64,000 nt of DNA from Paramecium tetraurelia (taxonomy: Eukaryota), in the NCBI GenBank assembly GCA_000165425.1, contig CT868041.1, forward strand, positions 558,001-622,000. Reading direction: 5' to 3'. Positions 56,049 to 64,000 of this stretch are shown piece after piece (the stretch's first letter is position 1; each line of letters begins with the position of its first letter). The translations under genes were made by a program, and so were the position numbers. The notes beneath the pieces are model-generated. The model worked only from the letters and a program-made list of their open reading frames with translations, was not told the origin of the DNA and searched no databases.

Positions 56049-56571
56049 TATTAAAATTATATTAATTATTTATCAAATATTTGATCTTGAATGATTCTTG
56101 ATACCCTGTTATAATAATAAACTTTATATTGAATAAAAATCAAAATTTGAATAATTATTAAAATTTTATGTAAACCTATTACAAACTTGAGATCCTCATG
56201 ACGTGTATGAGGTAAATTGTTCAGTTTTAGTGAATAACACTAGAAGGCGCTTGGATCAAAACTGAAGATCCTGATATCATAAAATTTGTTTAGATTTTTC
56301 GCATGGCAAATGCCATAGGGTAATATTCATATTTCAATTAATATGAGAAGTTTATTTAAATATTAAACTTATACTAGTTAACTATAAACTTTAGCATTTC
56401 TGCTTTAAATTCATTACTATTTCTACCTGGAATAGTAAATAAAAATATACTTTTTATTATTAAAGTATCTCTAGCTCTATATCAAAAACAATTTTTATTT
56501 CTTGATAATCCTCTCAAATTGAGAAATAATTATTCTGGATTATACCTAAGTTTTGCTTTAGAGGACATAAA

Positions 56572-57327
56572 TCATTCATTCAATAAAATTTAATTCAATT
56601 TTTGGGTTTCTAAGATTTTCTTTAAAGAAAAATACAGAAATATTGAACAAAATTCTCATAAATCTTTATATAGCTCATATAAAACAACTAAAGTCTCTTC
56701 TTGCAATATGGGAATCAATCTTTTATATAATTCTTATTAAGAGAATTTAATAATCTCCCGCTATTCCTAATAATGACTCTAGTATATATATTTTTCGCAA
56801 AGAAGATTTGTCAAATCTACCAAGGCACTTAAATCATTTTCACAGCCAATCATAATTACTTCTTTTCTCTCATAAAACAATTCTAATCCTTTTTAATTAG
56901 AAAAATTATTTCTTTCTTTTTCTTCAACTTAGAATGTAAAACTATTTAAAAAGCAGTTCAAAATCAATGCTTTTTCATTTGTCATTTAAATCTTAATAAT
57001 AACATCAAAGTAGTCCTCTAAATCATGTCCATCAAATTAATTTAGATATTATAATATTAGGTCATTTTGATTTTCATACTAACTTGGCCAAAATATTTTT
57101 GCTCTATTAAACTTTTTTTGGTTCAAAAAGCTTAATTTATAAATCTCATCTGATATTGTTCTGACATACCACTCTAACGTTGAAGTTAATATACTAAAAG
57201 GAAGAATTAAATTAGAGGGATTCACATTCCTTATCAATTCAGCAACTTCATCTGCGTCTAAATATTGATTATGCTGATTTGCAGCCGAAGATTAAACTTC
57301 ATGGTGCTTTTTGATTTTTTAATTCAT
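56572..57327 (-). CDS. Hypothetical protein; 3' end ambiguous, possibly decaying
   Basis: About 220 open codons from MNQKIKKHHEVQ. Downstream, TGA occurs in all frames and needs introns to resolve. Confidence 0.45.
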
Positions 57328-57681
57328 ATCAATCAATTTTATATTTAATTATACAATCATATTTCTATAATACTTATAATTATTTATTTCATAAATATTT
57401 ATTCATAAATATTTTATAAAACTAAATATGGATTTCATCTAGATTAAGGCTTCCATAATTATATTTTAGCTAGAATAATTTAATCTTCACTACTGTTAAA
57501 AGCATTTTCACCAAATCTTCAATATCTTTGAAACGTCAAGTTCTTCCAGGCTTAGAATTACTTACTACTCATAAACCTGTAATTTATTCCATTTCTTATA
57601 TTAAATTATATTGATTTTAATGACTAGTTTTTAAATATATATGATTTTTCAAAAGTAATAATATCATTATATTCTATGTTT

Positions 57682-58221
57682 TCAAACTCTATAAAAGGCC
57701 TCTACTTTAACTATATTTGTTGATTATGAAGAAGTGTTTCCGTTTCTGTTATATATTCTAAATAGCTAAACAATCTGAACAGGAAATTTAATATGAACGA
57801 TTGCTGATGCAGACACTGAATCAAAAATAATTGTCTCCTTTTCAGAGTATATAGCATATACGATAAGATTGTAATATCGTGTTTCTCCATCCCATAGCCA
57901 TAAAATAAGATTATTCAATTCATAATTTTATCTCAAATTTATTATTAAGGAATAACTAATGCTGCAATAAGTACCTTTTAGATCAAGTGAATTTTCATAA
58001 ATCTCATTTCTAAAAAGTATTCCTGTCGATTTTCCCGATCCGTTAAATAAGTTTTATTTTCTACTTGCCAACAAAGAGCCATTCTCATAACTTATAACAT
58101 TTTTGTTATTGCCTCTCAGAATGGATTTGAGCTACTTTACTCTTTAGCAACCATAAACCTAGCTATATGATTAAGATATTAGGAATGTAATCAACAATAA
58201 TGATAAATAAAATTTATACAT
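57682..58221 (-). CDS. Secreted BTBD9-type F5/8C (discoidin-like) single-domain protein, copy 3 (179 aa)
   Basis: Signal MYKFYLSLLLITFLISQSYS; LRGNNKNV, INLRQNYELNNLILWLWDGETRYY, RNGNT, KVEAFYRV*; intronless. Confidence 0.8.
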
Positions 58222-58958
58222 CACAAAATATCTCAATAATTTAGTTTATATACTGTAGGAAATTTAGAATAATTTATCAATAAAGTTATTAATAGTGAAT
58301 TTATTGAATTAGATCACATATATGCAATTATCTTTTAATTAAGGCAATAAAATATGTCATAATTTTTCTCTGACTAATCCCAAATAGATCTGCAACTATT
58401 ACAAATAAAATATTTAAAGAATCTTACCTAATTAGATTTCTTAAAAACCTTAAAAAGTTATTCAATGTATATTTAAAAATACACGTCTTTCTGCGAATCA
58501 AATAAAAACAATTGTTTTTTATGATCAAATAAGTACTTTTTGAAAAAAATTAGCACTATTTGAAAGGGACATATTATTTAATTTTGATCTAATTTTATAA
58601 TCGTAAAGATTTCATTTTGATATAAATTATAGGATTAATAAATATTATGTTCCTAATTAGAATATTGAATGAGATAAATTTTAATATTATCGAGTTTTTA
58701 ATTTTGACTCTATCTCAGTAAATGAACAGAGTATTATAATTACTATCCTATAAATGCATTAAATTTTGAATACGGAGTCTTTTCACTCTCTTTATCAATA
58801 ATTTTTTTTTAATTGAATGGAGGATTGATTTGACATTGTTATAGTGCTACAAGAGAGCTAACCCTTGAGTTTGTTGATCTAATTAGAAAAAATATAGATT
58901 ATAAAAAAAGATGATATAAGGGTAATTTAAAATAATATGATATTAAATATTAATTTTT

Positions 58959-61773
58959 ATGTCAAATTCAGAAGGTGTGAGCTTATTAGAAAATTTAAGA
59001 AAAGTTATCACATTAGTGGATCAATTAAGAGATATTGGTTTAAATGATTATATCAAATTGCCAAGAATTGTTGTTTTGGGTATTCAATCTGCAGGAAAGT
59101 CTTCTTTACTAGAACATATAGTTGGAATAGATTTTCTCCCTAGAGGATCTGTAATTCTTTTGTTATTGAATTTAGGGTGTTGTAACAAGAAGACCATTAG
59201 AATTGCGTTTATCTAATGCTCCAGCTAGCGTTTGTCCCACACCAACAGCAGAGTTTGTTGAAGAAATCAAGGGCAAAAAGTTCACTAATTTTGAAGAAGT
59301 TCGGAAATAAATAAACGAGTTGACTGATAAGGTATGCGGATAGGCTAAAAACATTATAGACAAGCCTATAATTTTAGCAGTCCAAGGACCTAATTGTCCT
59401 GATCTAACTTTAGTAGGTATCGAAAAATCTTAAATTTTTAAATTAGATCTTCCAGGAATCACTCGTATACCAATTGCAGGTTAGCCCACAAATATTGAAG
59501 AAATAACAACCAATATGGCTAAAAGATATTGTGAAGACAAATCAGCCATCATATTATGTGTTGTTGCTGCGAATGCTGATATGACTACATCTGATGCATT
59601 GTTGTTGGCCAAGAAATTAGATCCAGATGGTATTATTCAAACTTAATTATCAAAGGTGTTCGAACAATCGGAGTCTTGACTAAAATTGATATTATGGATT
59701 AGGGAACGAATGCATTCAAAATGCTTAAAGGAGAAGAAGTGCCATTAAAATATGGGTACGTTGGAGTGAAATTGAGATCCTAATAAGAAATCAATGATAA
59801 TATTCCTATTATCTAAGCTGTTCTTAGAGAAAAAAACTTTTTTGCAAACCATCCTGTGTATTCCACTATACCAGGAGAAATCTTTGGAACTCAGGTTCTG
59901 ACTAGAAAATTAACTACAATTCTCTACAGAAGAATTAGAAGTTTCCTTCCAGAGTTAATGAAAGAGATAAATAATAGAGTTGGCAAAATCTAAGTTAGAT
60001 TAGATGTCTTGGGTCCAGGTCTGCCAATCGAAGATTCTGTAAATTTAAATTCTATCATTTTAGGATAAAATGCATTATATTTGGAAGTTAATACATGAGT
60101 TCTCAGTTAGATTTAGAAACTCAATTACAGGATCTTATTAAAAGGTTAAATCAGCAAGGAAAAATGATTTCTTCCAAGTTCCTGCTGGAGCCAAAATAAA
60201 ACTCTTATTTTAAGAATTATATGATGAGTTTAATGACCTTGATTACCTAGCATTAAAGAAATATTCTGAAGATGATATTACATAAGTTATCCAGAAATAT
60301 TCAGCATTAACTATTCCTGGATTTCTTCCTGTTGATGCATTTTATGCACTATTGAATCCAGAATTAAAAAGATTGCAATAACCAGCCTTCAACATTATTG
60401 ACGAAGCTTATTCAATTCTTGAAGAATACGCAATAGCAATCTTGGATGATTAATTATAAACGTAATTTAATATTTCATTATTTAGAATTCCATCTGTGCT
60501 TAAAATGTTGGAGGAATAGGTTCTTGAAATTATCTAAGAGTGCAAATAAAATGCCTAAAACTCTGTGTAGGATATTTTGGATGCTGAAATGAACTATGTC
60601 TTCACAAATGACTTTAATTATTTGGCTGGCAAATAGTATATTAGATTTGGTAAACCTGCCAAAGAAGCTTAACCTGTTAAAGGATAGTATATGGTGGCCG
60701 AATTAAAAAATAAAATTGAACATTATTTTAAATTAGTTGTTAGATCAACAAGGGATAATATTCCTAAATTAGTTGGTTACTTTTTAGTGAAGGGATGCTA
60801 AGTAATTATCCATTATTAATCATAGACTAAAATGCTTATGTAATTACAATAAAATTTAATGTAAAACCAATATCTGCTCTAAGCAATAAGTGAAGATTAA
60901 AATATAGTAGAAGAGAGAAAAAAATTAAATAAAGAAGTTGAGACTTTTAGAAATGCATAAAAAATCATTAAAAGAGATCCTGAGTATCATATAATATTAT
61001 AATAGTCTCTCCGAATATATCTTATCTGCTTAAGAAGATTTGGCTGCTGAATAATAATAATAATAATAATAGTAATAACTCTAGTAAAATAAGCCTTAAT
61101 AATAGTAATAATAACAATAAAAATAAGATCCAAAGACTTAAGCCAACACTTAGAAATAAGAACCAAACAAAGCTCCTATCGTTCAAACATCTAATGATAC
61201 TTCTAAAAATTCAATGTCTGATGCACAATAATAAAAATAATAATAGTAATAATCATAATAATAGCAATAATAATAATAGTAATAACAAAACCAATAACAG
61301 ACTTAATAATAACAATCAAAATAACAAACAAATCTATTTGGAGGCGCATCAAAAACTCCCTAACCATAAGTGCCATAATAAAACGCTAACCCTTTACAAG
61401 CAAATAAGCCATCTTCATCTTAAACATTAACATAATAATACAATTAATAGGTTGATAAAAATGTTGCAGCATTTTATGAAGATGAAAGAGTAAAAGAATA
61501 AATGAAAAATGCTGGAGGTTAAGCAGCCAAAGCAGCTGTAAAAAGTTAAATTCCAGGGGCTCCAGATTGGGCTTTAGGTGCTGCCGAAAAAGTAGGATAA
61601 TAAGTTGCCACTAGTGATGCTGCAAAACAAGCTGCGATTGTATAAATTTTAGTTATAATTAGAACGCCACTTCAAATTAATTAAAAGTAGATGATTAGAC
61701 ATAATAATAAAATTAATAATAAGGTGCATAACCAAAGAAAGGAGGATTATTTGGATTCATTAACAAATCATGA
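58959..61773 (+). CDS. Dynamin-related protein with Q-rich C-terminal extension
   Basis: [47 protein letters not shown]; many tiny introns (e.g. 59151-59175); TGA at 61771-61773. Confidence 0.93.
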
Positions 61774-62021
61774 TAGAAGCTTTAGACAATTATGTTAAAA
61801 TTCTATAAATAAAATATTTAATTCCTTTTTTAGCCTTCTCTATCCTTATTTCTTTGACAATTGTTGAACTTTAAAGAAATTTTCGTATTGTGGTGGAAGA
61901 ATGTTATTATTGTTTATCATTCAAATAATATTTTAAATAAGTATTAGATAATTCATAGAGAGATTGTCTATCTGCAATTATAATTGTCAAATCAACATTT
62001 TAAATATAATTATTTAATAAT

Positions 62022-63333
62022 TCATATATATTGAACATCTATTGCCTTGCTTAATCTTTGGTAATCGCCTGTAAATGTGACTTCAAATTCTTAATTTTCT
62101 GAAGTTCTTTTGTTATACATTTCAATTTCATGCACTTTTGATATAAATCTATATTAAATAATTCAAATTAAATACCCAAATTTCTTTGGTTTTATTAATC
62201 TAAAATCATGTTAGAATGCTTTCCAATTATCTGTTAATACTTAGCCAAGCGTTCCAACTTTATTTTCATCTTCAGATATAAAATCTCTGTAAGCAAAGGC
62301 AAAAATACTTGCAAGAGTCATGCAAAGCATTTCTACACAAACTAGAGTGTTCTTGTTAATTATTTTTGATTATTTACTTCTATGGCACTTATGATTGTAG
62401 CACTGCTATATTTTGCTTCATCTGGTTCAAAACAGCTTGAAATTTCTTCTTCAAAAATTGATAGGGTTAACGATTACCAGAAGGTAAAAAATAACGTTAC
62501 TTTTATAATCAAGAATTTGAGTAATGGTCTATAGAATTAATATAAATTTGTACTTGTATGGTTGTAAAGGATGCTTTAGTGCATAATAAAACAAAATTAG
62601 GTAATAGAGTGAGAATGTTTCACTCGTTATGATGATAAATTCAAAGCTTGACATCAATCTTTACTTTAAATATGAAATATAAAAATACTGCGTATAACTT
62701 ATGATGAAATGGGTGCAAAACTATGATTAAAATAGTGAGAACAGGTTTCACAACACAATACTAAAGAACAAATTTCTTGCATCTATAAGTGAAATACTTA
62801 GCTTTAGCCTTCCTAATGAATTAAATTAATATTATACGTAGTTAATAGGTATCTTTCAGTACAGTAATTAACCGGCCACAAATGATGTATTTCTTTTTCA
62901 TGTTCAATCATTGTTTGATAAACGCGATCATCGTATAATTGTTTATCCTCTGGATTATATGCCATATAAGAGAACATAAGGTAGAAAAATGTGAACAACA
63001 GAAAAGCCAAATAAATATCACGAACCAATTCGAAATAGGATGCTAAACCCTGTTTACTACTATATTTGAATTTATTCTTACATGAAATTCCATCGACATT
63101 ATTGAAATTAATCCATAAAAAGGTGCCATCATGAGTATAACTAATAGTATAAAGATTATTTTGGTACTTATGATTTTACTTTGAAAAAAGGGCATATTGA
63201 AATTCATTAGGTGTCTAATAATTAAATACAATGATATCATTAAAGAGATCACCACACATCCTATAGACAGCAATAACCCATCGGTCAGGAGGGTTTCTAT
63301 ACAATCTTCATCACATTTATAAGGGCAAATCAT
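62022..63333 (-). CDS. TMEM184/OST-alpha (Solute_trans_a) membrane protein
   Basis: HLMNFNMPFFQSKI, ILMMAPFYG, RDIYLAF, HLWP, KPVL, PLLKFLIIKVTLFFTFWQ, CVEML. Confidence 0.88.
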
Positions 63334-63593
63334 TAAAATTAAATATAATTATAAATATACTTTTCTAATTTTAGAATAACCGATTTCATTTTTAAATCCA
63401 TTTCATATAGCTCTGAGAAGTCACCTTTAAAATATTCATAACAGCAAAAATAAAAAAATATTTGAAAAATTTGTTTCTGTTTTATTTTCTAAGTTTCTGA
63501 TTGTATTTATCTTCTTAATTCTTTCTACATTAGAAAAGAAGAATATAAGTACATATTCTTATATAGCAATACATATAAAATTAATATTGTGTT

Positions 63594-64000
63594 CAGTCAT
63601 GTAGTATAAATCTATCTTTGTTTGGCTATTAGTTTTAATCTCCTTCAAATAGTTTTGATGCCACTTGAACGATTTCTAAAATAGATTAATAAACTAATTT
63701 ACTTTTTGTAGACAAATTGGGTGCTAATTTTTACTAATCATCCGTAAATAATAAATGAAGTTTCTATTTTCTGAATGGGGAATCAGGAGCGTTTTACATA
63801 AAATTGGTTCTATTTGTTAAGGCTGAAGTAGTCTTAATTGGATAAGTGTCTAATCTTCCAGGAGATGAGACAAATGAATGAGAATAATTATGAATCATTT
63901 TCTATTAACTTTAACTATAGAAGTTCAATTTCTCATTCAATTACTAATTCAGATTTCTCAATTAATTGTAATCATAAATAATTTTATGATTCTGCTATTT
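63594..64000 (-). CDS. Hypothetical protein, 3' part (enters from window end)
   Basis: Open code-6 frame KQQNHKIIYDYNQLRNL...SSPGRLD with one tiny intron; 3' end uncertain. Confidence 0.5.

Noticed and set aside
58022..58045. GSGKST Walker-A-like motif
   Set aside because: It lies in a variable loop of the secreted discoidin-like copy 3, is absent from the paralogues, and has no NTPase context.
61194..61430. Poly-Asn ORF in the track
   Set aside because: It is an off-frame reading of the TAA-encoded polyQ tail of the dynamin gene.

Overview
This is an AT-rich, gene-dense eukaryotic window that reads as ciliate macronuclear DNA, most likely Paramecium. TAA/TAG behave as Gln, TGA is the only stop, introns are tiny (about 22-33 nt, GT...AG) and intergenic gaps are often under 100 nt. 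The supplied ORF track treats TAA/TAG as stops, so it fragments real genes and lists many antisense shadows; I re-translated by eye with code 6, and exon boundaries are approximate. I find about 29 protein genes, including RRP12, an ankyrin-AGC kinase, a PP2C-like protein, a PH-CAMK kinase, TBP, an SF1/BBP-like KH protein, a PAS membrane protein, a giant Cys-rich/PMP-repeat membrane protein, enoyl-CoA hydratase, RPL32, a cyclin, a NEK kinase, TMEM216-like, VTI1-like, a dynamin-related protein and TMEM184-like. There is also one tRNA-Val(AAC) and a clear DnaJ pseudogene. The most notable observation is three diverged, intronless, secreted single-domain BTBD9-type F5/8C (discoidin-like) genes within about 9 kb, all missed by the ORF track. 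Also notable are a probable PP2C pseudophosphatase 25 nt upstream of a kinase gene, a probable GBP-like pseudo-GTPase, and an SF1-like protein with extra KH domains.
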